Assembly: GCF_009914755.1 (NCBI RefSeq)
Contig: NC_060927.1
DNA: 64,000 bases
Direction: 5' to 3' (one strand)
Source: the human T2T-CHM13v2.0 reference genome, Homo sapiens
The notes beneath the pieces were generated by a model. The model did no database searches, was not told where the DNA came from, and was given only the letters and a program-made list of their open reading frames with translations. This document shows positions 13,076 to 25,836 of this stretch, piece after piece. A program made the translations under genes and the position numbers. Every line of letters begins with the position of its first letter. Positions within the stretch are counted from its first letter, which is position 1.

Positions 13076-14004
13076 CTAATGCTGAGAAACAAAACTGGCT
13101 TGGAAAGAGGGGAGACCCAGGACTTGAGCCTGCCAAGGAGCTAAACCCAAGGGCAAGAGCTGCAGGCAGCTGGGCTGGAGAGGAGGAAGGAGGTGGCTTT
13201 GTTTCCAACTGCCCTGGAAGACCTCCTCATCCCCCTGCATCCCCAGCCTCCTTTCCTTTTTCCTTCCTGCTCTGCTCCCTTCCTTCCTCTCCTCCTCTTG
13301 GGAGGTGGCCAGGGACATAGGTCAGTGCCTGGCCCCGAGGAAGACACATGCAGTTTGTGGACGGGTCTTGGGATGCGGACACCCAGAGTCTTGTGCACCT
13401 TCCTGGAGTGTTGCCCACTCCAGTACCCACTCCCTAATCTCCCCTCTTCCTCCTCAATCCTCTCTTGCAGGAAGCAGAGGATGGAGAACCCCCTCAGGAA
13501 GGAGGGCAGTGACTCTGGGTTTGCCTAGGGCTAATGGCCTCTCACCGACCTGTGCCCTTGTACCTGTCGCCTGGGCAAACAGTGATTGCATCAGCTTTGG
13601 TTTCTCATGGGTGGGCAGCCTTGGCTGTCTGCCGGAACGTAAAGAGCATGGAGCAAGGACATGGGAATCCGAATCCCGCTGAGGTCCCAGGACCACTTCA
13701 TCCTTCTTCCCTGTGCCTCTCCTCCCCAGCATGAGCACAGCAGCCTGATGGAGAAGGATTTTCCAATGTTAGAACTGGAAAGAACACCTGTAGCCTGTCT
13801 CCACCGTTTACAGTGGTGCTGGAAGTGAAAAGATGTGTTCCAGGTCACAGGCAGGTAGACAGCGGAGCCAGACTGAAATTCACTCCTCCTGATTTGGAGT
13901 TTAGAGCTCTTCTTTGGCAACATTTTGATGAATAAAATCACAAGTTCTGTGTCTTTTGAAATTCCTTGTGGAGCCTAGTGCCATCCTCTGAACTTGGAGC
14001 CAAC

Positions 14005-14017
14005 TGACCTTTGTCCT
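14005..14017 (-). promoter_or_regulatory. DR1 nuclear-receptor site (HNF4A/COUP-TF/PPAR type) in the RTP3 proximal promoter
   Basis: TGACCTTTGTCCT reads AGGACAAAGGTCA on minus, about 160 bp upstream of the ATG. Confidence 0.55.
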
Positions 14018-14172
14018 TGGGGCAGAGACATGGTTCATGGGCCCAATCCAGGTCCTCAAAGGGAGGGCAGGTCTGAGTCCTTGCCCTCTGAAGTCAGAAT
14101 CCTCATCTCCCACTACAGACCTGCCAGGGCCCAGGAGAGCTCGACCCACCCAGGCACACCATAGCCCCAGAG

Positions 14173-14327
14173 ATGGCTGGGGACACAGAAGTGTGGAAGC
14201 AAATGTTTCAGGAGTTAATGCGGGAGGTGAAGCCATGGCACAGGTGGACCCTGAGACCAGACAAGGGCCTTCTTCCCAACGTCCTGAAGCCAGGCTGGAT
14301 GCAATACCAGCAGTGGACCTTCGCCAG
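14173..14327 (+). CDS. RTP3: Receptor-transporting protein 3, coding exon 1 ([27 protein letters not shown]...QQWTFA, phase 2)
   Basis: ATG at 14173; 155 nt ending in AG|GTGAGG donor; splices in frame to 16466 (AG+G = Arg); translation matches the RTP3 N-terminus as I recall it. Confidence 0.96.
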
Positions 14328-16465
14328 GTGAGGGGGAATGTGATGGTACACGTTCCAGAAAATTCTTGCACATTTCTTACTAGGTATACCTGTTACTTTT
14401 CTTGTTCTATTCTGTGCTTTCAAATTGAAGACTATGGGTAATAAGATGCCCATCATCCAAGAAGTTGTAACTTCATTAAAGATTGTTTTTTCACTATTAC
14501 AATGAACCCCAAAGCAAGAGCAGGCCTGAGCACCCTTGTGAGCTAATGCCTGGATACAGAGAAATCAGTCTGTGGGGGTGGGGAGAGGGAGCAGCCAGGA
14601 AAGGGGAGGGGAGGAAGGGCAGCTGTTGCACCCACGGGCGGTGCATGTGCCCCATGCCTAGGGAGACTGCTGGACCCACCTTGGAGCCCCTAGGAGGAGA
14701 GACTCACGGCACTGAGCAGACACCCTCGGGGGAGGCCGGAGGAGCAGGGGGCCTGGGCAACAGGCAGCAATCCTGCCCCTCTCTACTCTGAGCTGATAGA
14801 ATCTTTTTAAAATAGGAGTCTTAGAAATCATCCTAAGCCTCATCCTCTCTTTCCCAGGTGGAAATGGGGAGCCCCAAGGCTTGGGGCTGATTGCCCACAG
14901 TGCACAGAGGGTGGAGGCCGGGTCCCACCCGCTGTCCCCTCCCAGGGAGAGTCTACATAGAGGGGGCAGAGCTCTCCCACTGGCCTATGGCTATCCCAGG
15001 CCAGGAGCTGCCATAGGGAGCATTGCACCAAAGTCTCAGTCCATTTATCCATGGGAAGTTTGAACTCTGAACAAGCACAGGAACAGAGCACTGAGACCCA
15101 GGGGATGGCAGTGGACTTCTGCTCAGAACAGGGCCCAGGCCCCTCTGCACTGCTGACTCTGGGTGACTCCCAGCAAGGTCCTCTCACAGTGATCACAGCT
15201 TCTTGGCCTCTCCCTCTCATTTCAACCTTGCATTCACCCTGTGGGTTGCGGCTAGAGTCAAGATACAGGAGCACACCCTGGACTAACTCCCTCTTCCCAG
15301 CCCCCTCCAATTCACCACCTGCAGCCTAATTTCTCTGTATCCAGGCATCGGGGGCTCAGCCACAGTGACAAATAAACCTGGAAATATCACTGATTTAACC
15401 TTACACGTGGCTCCCAAGGTCACCGAAGCAGAGGAGGAGAGAGCTGGAATGTCTTACCAAGGCTTCTGTGACCATATCTGGAAGGAACATATATCACTGC
15501 TGGCCTCATCTCATTGCCCAACTGGTCCCATGGCCCCAGCCTCACGGCAAAGGGGCTGGGAAGTGGGAGGGAGTGCATGGATAATTTGGTGAGCATTAAA
15601 TGTCTCCGCCACAGTGCAGCTCTCTGCCTCTCCCATAATTCCTTTCCCAGGTGCAGCCATGTGCTTCCTGCCTTCTTCTCTCTCTACCTCCTGACATGTA
15701 TTTGTCCAGATACCTTAGCTCAAAAACTGCCCTCCTCCCTGCTGAGACAAGGTGTATTATCTTGTACCCTGTCTGAAGCCAGTGGCATTCAGAATATGAA
15801 GTTTTCCAGGCTACCTTGAGCAAGGGAACTGGGTTGGAGGGGAAACAAATGAAGAGAGAGCTGGACACTGTGATCTCCCTGCAATACCGCAGACCAGGGA
15901 CCCTCGGCAGCCAAGAGAAAGGCAAAGGCTTTCCTCTAGGAGAACCCTGGACACTTCAGGCTCCCACCGCCAACCCATGAGTCTATAACTTAATCAACAC
16001 CCACCTATAGGCATTTGTGGATTTCAGGGTCCTGAACTGAACTGGCTGCTGTTGCAGTTGTGGCCTCTGACCCATTTGAATCTACATTTGAAGAAGCTTT
16101 GCTTTGGAATAGGGAGACCACAGTCCCAGTCATGCCTTTTTACACCCACTGGGTCTCTGGACATGAGGAGTTTCCAGAGTGTGCCTCATCTCTAAAATGG
16201 ACGTGTTGGACTTAGAAGATGCCCAAGGTCCCTCCCAGATCTAACAGCTTGCAATTCACTGTTTTCATAGCAGACACTGTGCAGCATGCAGTGTGTCAGT
16301 GGCACAATGGAGATGGGAAAGAGGTCTTAGCAATTTCTTCCACCACTGAGCCACAGCCCCAGTCAAGTCATGTCTCTGTGCAGTCGGTAGCTCCTTTCTC
16401 TCTCTGGCAGTTCCCCGTGATTTGGTCACATGGAGCCAGGCTGAGACTCTCTTCTGTCTCCACAG

Positions 16466-17009
16466 GTTCCAGTGCTCCTCCTGCTCTCGTAACTGGGCCT
16501 CTGCCCAAGTTCTGGTCCTTTTCCACATGAACTGGAGTGAGGAGAAGTCCAGGGGCCAGGTGAAGATGAGGGTGTTTACCCAGAGATGTAAGAAGTGCCC
16601 CCAACCTCTGTTTGAGGACCCTGAGTTCACACAAGAGAACATCTCAAGGATCCTGAAAAACCTGGTGTTCCGAATTCTGAAGAAATGCTATAGAGGAAGA
16701 TTTCAGTTGATAGAGGAGGTTCCTATGATCAAGGACATCTCTCTTGAAGGGCCACACAATAGTGACAACTGTGAGGCATGTCTGCAGGGCTTCTGTGCTG
16801 GGCCCATACAGGTTACAAGCCTCCCCCCATCTCAGACCCCAAGAGTACACTCCATTTACAAGGTGGAGGAGGTAGTTAAGCCCTGGGCCTCAGGAGAGAA
16901 TGTCTATTCCTACGCATGCCAAAACCACATCTGTAGGAACTTAAGCATTTTCTGCTGTTGTGTCATTCTCATTGTTATCGTGGTGATTGTTGTAAAAACT
17001 GCTATATGA
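16466..17009 (+). CDS. RTP3: RTP3 coding exon 2 (zf-3CxxC domain and C-terminal transmembrane helix)
   Basis: Acceptor ctcttctgtctccacag|G; [10 protein letters not shown]...CKKC...HNSDNCEAC...[15 protein letters not shown]; 155+544=699 nt = 232 aa + stop. Confidence 0.97.
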
Positions 17010-17330
17010 GCCTTGGAAACATGAAGCTAAGTCAGAAAAAAAATCAGATACAAAAAGTCATATGTTGTATGATTTCATTTATGTGAAAGGTCCAGAATAG
17101 GCAAATCTATTAGATGAACTGCTAGCAGGGCCTAGAGATAGTGGGAGATGGGAAGCAACTACTTAATCCTGATGGGTTTTTTTTGTGGAGGAGAGAGGTG
17201 TGATGAGAATGTTTTGGACTGAGATAGAGGTGCGGTTGCACAACAGTGTCAATGCACTAAATGTCATTGAACTGTCCACTTTCAATGGTTAAATTTGTTA
17301 TGTGACTTTCACTTCAGTATTTTTTAAAAA
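17006..17330 (+). mobile_element. L1M 3' end fragment forming the RTP3 3' UTR
   Basis: atgagccttggaaacatgaagctaagt...tgtatgatttcatttatgtgaaaggtccagaataggcaaatc...ggttgcacaacagtgtcaatgcactaaatgtcattgaactgt. Confidence 0.8.
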
Positions 17331-17599
17331 GGCCTTCACAATTGTGTTCACTCTCAAGAGAACTGAGTCTGAAGTGTCTATGATTCATAAACCATTTGGA
17401 AATCTTGTGAAGCCTGTGGGCCCCCTCACCAGGGAATTTTGCACAGACCCTCTGAGGTCAGACTGTGAGGGCAAAAGCATCAGGATGAAAACCTGGGTTC
17501 TCAAACAGTTGTCCCCATGGAGGGAGGTGTGTATGCTGCTGAGGGGGAAAGGCAGGATGTGCCACCGGGTGTTTCCTTTTTAAAGATAATGTAATTAGT

Positions 17600-18058
17600 A
17601 TAAATTGTTGATTAACGGGGAACTCACAGCCAATAGCATCATGACCCAGGCCTGAAGGAAGCTTCTCTAACACACATATTCTCATATTCTCTCCATAAGG
17701 CATATCATAGCCTTCTCACTCTTAGGAACACCAGACAGCACTCTGCACTATGCTCAAGGGCCGTTTGAAACAGCAAAATCACTGACAGAAGCACAAAAAT
17801 GTGAAACGCATGGCAAAATAGATCAGGAGATGGACGCTTGTTTATAGTACAAAAGCTGGAACAAACAGGCAGGGAACACACAAGCCCTGCTCTGGCTCAG
17901 TTGGGAACACAGGTGCTGGTGACTCCAATTTCCCCTGCTCTGCACATGTCTGTGAATGACCACAAACACACCATGAGTACTGATTTGGGGGTTACTAATA
18001 GATTTCAGCAGGCAGGCAAAATCACAAATAGACTCCACGAATAATGGGGCTGACCTGT
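17600..18058. mobile_element. TcMar-Tigger element (MER82-like)
   Basis: ccatgagtactgatttgggggttactaatagatttcagca...gaataatgggg terminus. Confidence 0.6.
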
Positions 18059-18448
18059 GCATTCTCAAATGGCTTTGAACTGTGAATGACTCTGTTTTAC
18101 TAACACATGCGGTCCACATGTGGAGTTCTCACCCACAAGGCTCACGTGAGGGCTGTCAGCTTGGAGCTCTGGGATTCCTACTAGCTAACCAGAATTTTTC
18201 ATGTTCAGAGGACAGAGTCTCAGAAACTATTTGCTCCTTAGACCATGTCCTCCCAGTGACTGAACCAAAGCTGAGATTTTTCTTAGTAAAATCGAACAAA
18301 GGATTGACTTTATAAAACTTCCGTTGAAAGATGGATGTAAGGGGGCACGTTACCTGGCTAGATAGAAAGTTCTGATTTTAAATATTCCAGATAACCATAA
18401 AAATCTATCACTGCTAAGGGAATGCCTAATTTCTAAAGAAGTAATTGA

Positions 18449-18730
18449 AGTCTGGTGGCTCACGCCTGTAATTCCAGCACTTTGGGAGGCCAAGTTGGGC
18501 AGACCACCTGAGCTCAGGAGCTCAAGACCAGCCTGGCCAACATGGCGAAACTCCATCTCTACTAAAAATACAAACATGTGGTGACATGCACCTATAATTC
18601 CAGCTACTGGGAGGCTGAGGCACAAGAATCACTTGAACCCAGGAGGCAGAGGTTGCAGTGAGCCAAGATTGCACCACTGCACTCCAGCCTGGGTGACAGA
18701 GTGAGACTCTGTCTCAAAAAAAAAAAAAAA
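18449..18730 (+). mobile_element. AluS element
   Basis: Dimeric Alu with poly(A). Confidence 0.9.
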
Positions 18731-19363
18731 ATTACCCTCTGACATACATACACCTGCTCACAAATATATTGTCTGACCAGTGACAGCTGCTGCCTAGTGT
18801 CTGCAGGGAAGAGGAAGGGGGTGTCCAAGTGGTGGGCTTGGGGCATGACCTGAACCGGATGAATACTGGTATTGCTCCTGTGCAAATTAAAATTTGACCT
18901 AAGGCCTCCAGCAGGTCAGCAGGAAAGTGAAAGGAGACCCACACCCCTCCCTGAGCTCCCACTATCTCCCAGTATACAAAGGCCAGAGATGGCCTCCTCC
19001 CAGCAACACACGAGGGCCCAGTGCAGTATTCAGAAAGAGTTGACAGTGAGTGTCTAGGCTGGGAATTGACCCTGTTCCAAGGAGAGTGGCCTCTGGGTTG
19101 GAAGACTGAGGTGAGTGTATGGAGGGTCATGACAAAGCCACCCCCTAGGGGAAGGGAAGAGAGTACCAAGCCTGCCCTGGCTTTGCCAGATAAGGGATGG
19201 TAATGCAAGCTGGTATTTATGTTGATAAATATCTGTTTCCAGAGTGGGTAGGCCTGGGTGACAGTAGAGGGTGTTCCAAATAGATCCTGGAATTATGTTT
19301 GTCAAGCTTAAGCAGATGAGAGACCAGCATTGGCTTATGGGCCCTTCCCTGCACAGGCATACT

Positions 19364-19778
19364 GTCTAAGTCTGTTTACGTTGCTGTAAAGGAATAGCTG
19401 AGTCTGGGTAATTTACAAAGAAAAGAGGCTTGTTTCATTCACAGTTCTGCAGAGTGTACAAGTAGCATGGCACTAGCATCTGCTTCGAGTGAGGGCCTCA
19501 GGCTGTGTCTGCTCATGACAGGTGAAGGAGAGCCAGCACAAGTAGGGATCACATGGGGAAAGAGGAAGCAAGAGAGGTGCGGGGTGGTGCCGGGTTCTAA
19601 CAACTGACTCTGGCAGGAACTAAGAGCTAGAACTCACTCATTACACCAAGGATGGCACCAAGCCATTCATGAAGGATTCGTCCCCATAATCCAAACATTT
19701 CCCATTAGGCCCCACCTCTAACACTGGGGGTCCAATTTCATCATGAAGTTTAAAAGGTCAAATATTCAAAATATAGCA
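19364..19778 (-). mobile_element. MST (MaLR) solo LTR
   Basis: gttgctgtaaaggaata...ctgggtaattta...aggccccacctctaacactgggg. Confidence 0.8.
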
Positions 19779-20398
19779 CGTTCCTAGCACCCTTCCACAT
19801 AAACAGCTGCTCTTCATCCTCGGAATACCCACAGTGGCTGGGGCATTGTCCACAGCTGCTCAGAGCCCAAGGCCAGAAGCTTCTAGGACTTCTATTCCAG
19901 ATTTTCTCCCCTGCACCCTCCCCCTTTCCCTGAAGTTGAGAGTCAGTGGGAGGAGCACAGAGAGAGAGGCTGAAAGAAAAGAAATAGTCAAAAGGGAGAA
20001 TTTAAGAGGGCCCTTAAATCTAGGTAACCTTTGAGATGAGCAAAGTAATATTGAGAAACAAAACTGGTGGAGATGAGGGGAGACTGCCACAGTGTGAGTC
20101 TGCTGAGGAAGGAGCCAGTTAGGCTGAAAACATGGGTTCTCAGGGAGTGGTCTCCCTGGGGCCACCTGTGACTGAGGGGTAAGGCAGGATGCACCACTGA
20201 GGAGGGAGAGATATCCTGTTTAGTTTTTCTTTAAAGTTTATTATTTCTTATGGTATGTTTTTATAATGTATGCAAATATATTAGAATAATGGTATGCATA
20301 AGTATGCAGAGGATGCATGAATAACAAATACACACACATTTGGAATGCATGCTCAATTTTTTTTAACCCCATTGTCCAATCAAAAACACTGGGACTGA

Positions 20399-20771
<373 letters not shown>

Positions 20772-20864
20772 TCACAAAAATAATAAAAATAATAAAAAAG
20801 AAATACTGAGGACTCCCATTCTAAAGGAGCAAATGTGGAAGTCTGTGGACAGATTCTTACCAGG

Positions 20865-21225
20865 TGTATTAGTCCATTCTCACGCTGCTATGAAGAAATA
20901 CCCAAGACTGGGTAATTTATAAAGAAAAGAGGTTTAATTGACTCACAGTTCCACATGGCTGGAGAGGCCTCAGGAACACAATCATGGCAGAAGGCACCTC
21001 TTCACAGAGTGGCAAAAGAGAGAATGAGTGCCAAGCAAAGCGGGGAAAGTCCCTTATAAAACCATCAGATCTCGTGAGAACCCACTAACTATCACAAGAA
21101 TAGCATGAGGGTAACCGCCCCCATGATTCAATTACCTCCCAGTGGGCCCCTCCCATGACTCGTGGGGATTATGAGAAATACAATTCAAGACGAAATTTGG
21201 GTGGGGACACTTTCAAACCATATCA
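20865..21225 (-). mobile_element. THE1 (MaLR) solo LTR
   Basis: TGTATTAGTCCATTCTCAC...AAACCATATCA with 5 bp TSD CCAGG. Confidence 0.92.
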
Positions 21226-23247
21226 CCAGGACTCTGAAACCAAAGCAGTCTTTTGAACATGCTCTGTCTTGATTAATGACATTAATTTTAAGACTCCTTC
21301 TCACACCTTTTTTTAAAAAAACTAGAAATGTGAATCCTTCCATTTATGCAATGGAAATTAGTGTAATAGTCACTTACAGCCAATAACTTCTTTTCACTCA
21401 CCCCATCCCCATCCTCTCCCCATCTGCCCCCCTCCATCGACTGGAGTTGTGCCTTGCCTGCATCCTAGTGCTCCCTCTAGGGCACATTGCATCCTCACAT
21501 TGTCCTTCTGGAATGTCATTCTGGCAGTTCACATCTCCCACCTGTCCCCTCAAACCACACCTACAACCATGCCTTGGCTAATTTATCTTTCCCACTCCTA
21601 GGCTTTTGCTCACAAATTCCCTCTGCCTCTTCTTAGCTACTCATGAGACCATGTCCATCTTTTAATTCCCTACTGAAGTGACAGTATCCCTGCGGTGCCT
21701 CCTGTCATCCCTCTGGTGAGGGTTTCATTCCACTAGTGCTGGTTGTCCTTCTACGTAGCCCCTGTTCTATTCCACCCAGTTCTAGTGCTGACTGGCTTCC
21801 TAGTGAACCAGGAGTGTCTGAGGCAGGGCCCGGTTCTCCTCACCTTTCCCTGCTTCCTAACCCAGGGAGGAGCCTCTGCACAGCTGTGTGAGCTGAAAGA
21901 AGGGCTGCATGGTGAATGAGCCTGCCACATCTGGACTGAGCACTGCTGGGCTCTCTGCATGCCATTTGGCCATGAACAGCTTAGAAATGAAAATGGTGTT
22001 TTCCACTTTACCCATTTGCCGTTTCTCTCCTCATGTGTATTCATGGGTGATCCTAGCTCACTCTTTGGCAAAGGACACACTGTTTCTGAAACTGAAAAAG
22101 ATGTGTGTTTAATTCATGTGGAAGAATGAGTGACCGAAACTTGATAAACAAGTCAGGAAAAAATGACCACAGGTGGGCCTTGCCTTAGAAGACATCACCA
22201 CTGTGGTAATTAGCATATAGAGTGCTGGCTCCGGGACAGGCAGCACTGCAGAGCAAGCCGGGCAAGGGCCAGGGCGAACTGGAGGAGGGTCCCTGTGCTT
22301 GGAGAGGGGTGAGAGCGGCAGGCTGGACAATTTGGCTTGGTTTTAGACATCGTTGGGACCTACCTGAAGCTGGGGCATACTTCACCTTTGCGCTTACTCA
22401 TAGGCTGTGTAGCCCGTGCTGGGGAGACCGTCAATCCCAGGCTGAGGTTTTCTGTGGTCTCGCCTGGAAGCCACGGGTGTTTACCAACACCACTCCCACC
22501 CCCATACACACTCCCTACTAGGCATTCACTGCCATTTCTGACTTCCCAGGGCTGCATGGCTGCCGAAATTCCCATGCAAGCCTTTAGCCTCCCAGAGCCT
22601 GGCTTTGTTTTCCCTTAGAACAGCACATCTTGGTAATCAGCCAATGAAAGAAAAATGGAATGCAGCATTTTGAGCCTCTTCTCTTCAATTCCCTTCTTTC
22701 TGGGATTTTGCCTTTAAATTTCAGGTGCCTAGGCAGCCTCAAATTCTGACTTCTGTCTCCTCAGTCAACTGAAATAATCACTTTTTGCTTTGCTTTATCT
22801 CCTGGGCTGCAATTCAGAAACTGTCTTCGAGTAAACCCGGGGCACATGGGGCTTGCCTTATGTGCGTCCCTCCTCCAGAGGACCAGCTCCTCACAGCCAA
22901 TCCATGCTTGTTGCTCTCCAGTGCATCTCATCCTTTGTTTTCTTGTTTTTGCCTAGCTTTTATAGCTATTTTTGGTGATAGGAAGGGTCCAAACCTAGCT
23001 ACTCTGCAGTGGCCAGGATCAGAAAGAATTTTGCAGTTGTTATTCCAAAATCTCAATAGAATTGTCAAATTTCTCACATACAGTCAAGGCTACTGTCTTC
23101 TAATATGGAAGTAGAGGTGAACGCAAAGCCAGCCAACTTAGAGAATTTCCTTCCTCTTCTATAAACATCACCTTCATTTTGGCAGTGCTATCTAGTAGAG
23201 TTAGAGCATGTCAGCCACATAGGTAACTTAAATGTTTTCAGTAGCCA

Positions 23248-23281
<34 letters not shown>

Positions 23282-24417
23282 TTGGTAGAGACAAGGTTTC
23301 ATTCTGTCACCCAGGGTGGTCTTGAACTCCTGGATGTTTATGTAGGAACACATATTCATTTTAAGTTTCCTCCAATCTCAGTTTCCTGAGATGCCTGTAG
23401 CATCCTGCACATTCCTTCTACAGCACATGCACCTTTTACCCAAGATATAAGCCCTGGGTCTGGAGGGTCGCAATGCGGAGATCTGCCTGTCTTGCAACCG
23501 CAAAAGACCACACTTCTATCTGTAAATTCCCCCTAAAAAATCACCCAATACCGACAAACTGGATTTGTCTGCCTCTTTCTTTGGTTTCTTGGATCCTGTG
23601 TCATTTGGGGGTCATTTTCCATGCACAGCCTTTTCACAGAACACCGAATCATTCATTGTGATTTGCTTCTAAACACTTCAGTATAGATACTGGGGTGTGT
23701 GTGTGTGTTTCTGTGCCATCTATACCCTGTGGGCTGTTGCCCCCATCCCAGAGGTGGTCAATTAGCATTCATTAGCAACTAATTGGGATCCTCACTCAAG
23801 ACAGCTGTGCTAAGTTTCAAATATTTCTGCAAAGGGGTCATTGTTAATTTGCATAAGACATATCAGAAACTACTTGTATTGGTGAAATAAGTGATGTTCA
23901 CCACATGGGGCTGTGCTGGTATCTTCCCCCTTTCCCATGAATGTGGTAGGAGAATCAGAAGTGCCCAGTGGTCCCATACTTTGAGAACCATGCCCTGGTT
24001 TAAAATCCTGGCCCTGTGTTCCCCACTAAACAGAGGACACCATAGTCTGACACAGTGTTCCCGCCATCAGAGCACATTCCTGTCTGCCTGGAAGGGGCAT
24101 ATACAGGAGCATGTCTGGGCCACCTGAAAACCCAAAGGCTCACAGACCAGGTGGCATGATAGGGGACCTGCTTGCCAATGACAGTTTACTCCCCTGCAGA
24201 ATTCTTGGTAGTGAGGTTCTGAGGAAGGCAACTAATATTTGCTGATAAACACAGAGAGAACATGGTGACTAGGGAAGACCAGACCTGCTTGGGTGACTCC
24301 AAACACTGGTTAGTGGGTTGGGTTTTCTTATTTTCTTGAACTCATGGAAGTAACAAAATATGCTAATAGTAACACAGGGCTAGAAACAGTTCAAGTTTAA
24401 CGTAGGAAATGATCTTT

Positions 24418-24739
<322 letters not shown>

Positions 24740-24974
24740 GGAAATGATCTTTTCTTAAAAATAATTTGGTCACTATTCTTCAAGGAATTCCCCCAAGGAG
24801 TTTTCTCCTAAAGATTAGTCTTTTATCCCTAAGTCACTCCTATCTCCTTCAGTTACAAGATTTTCCCCTTCTTACGGGCTGAGACATCACTTCCTAAATT
24901 CATGTCATATGTGGTTGAGAGTAGCCTTCTGTGTAATCAGAGTTCTCCGCAGAAACAGAACCACTGGGATATAC

Positions 24975-25282
24975 AGATGCTCCTCAACTTATGATGGGGT
25001 TATGTCCTGATAGACCCACCATAAGTAGAAATATCGTAAGTCAAAAATGCATTTAATACACCCTGCCCACCAAATATCGTAGCTTAGCTTAGCCTACCCT
25101 GGCCCACTTTAACATGGTCAGAATAGCAATAGGGAAGAGTATCTTACTGCCTGTGGCTAAGCTGGGAAAAGATCAAAATTCCCATTTTAAAGTATGGTTT
25201 CAACTAAATATATATCACTTTTGCATCATTGTAAAGTGAAAAATAATCATAAATTGAACCATTCTAAGTCAGGGGCCATCTG
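24975..25282. mobile_element. MER47-like Tigger element
   Basis: Terminal inverted repeats CAGATGCTCCTCAACTTA / TAAGTCAGGGGCCATCTG with TA flanks. Confidence 0.8.
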
Positions 25283-25302
25283 TATATAGGTTTATAAGGG
25301 GA

Positions 25303-25836
25303 ATGTGAAGTCCTAATTAGGGAAAAGGAGTCAGGCTGGTGGGACCAGGGGAAAACAAAGAGATAAAGCAAATGAGCTATAGGTCTGCCTTTTTTTATGG
25401 CCCAGGACATATGGCCATATGTCCTGGGCCATAAAGATAAGTCTTTTATCCCTAAGTCACTCCTATCTCCTTTAGTTACAAGATTTATCTGTGCAGGACA
25501 TATGGCCATATGTCTTGATGACGTACATAACTCAAAAAATTCCTGCTTACCATCAAATGCCTCAATTTATCAAACACTCCGGCTGACAGAAGAATGCAAG
25601 TTAAGCTCTCTGCTGCCTTGGCATTATCAACCAGCCCAAGTTCCATTCTATAAAATCTCCAGCAAGCCTTTGTCTCCTTGCAGTCAGCTCCTCTTCTGCT
25701 GATCCTGCCCGTTGCCTTCTTGCAATGTATTTTCATACTTTCTATAATAAATCTGCCTTTCTTTACCTACAAATGTTTTGGTAAATTCTTTTACCCCCTC
25801 ACCACCAGCCCAGATAGTCACCACTCACCTGTGACA
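25303..25836 (+). mobile_element. ERV1 solo LTR carrying an internal rearrangement scar
   Basis: TGTGAAGTCCTAATTAGGG...CCTGTGACA; TATA (ctataaaa) and AATAAA present. Confidence 0.75.

Noticed and set aside
16422-16465. N-terminal extension [14 protein letters not shown] of the RTP3 ORF call
   Set aside because: Intronic; the exon starts at the acceptor at 16466.
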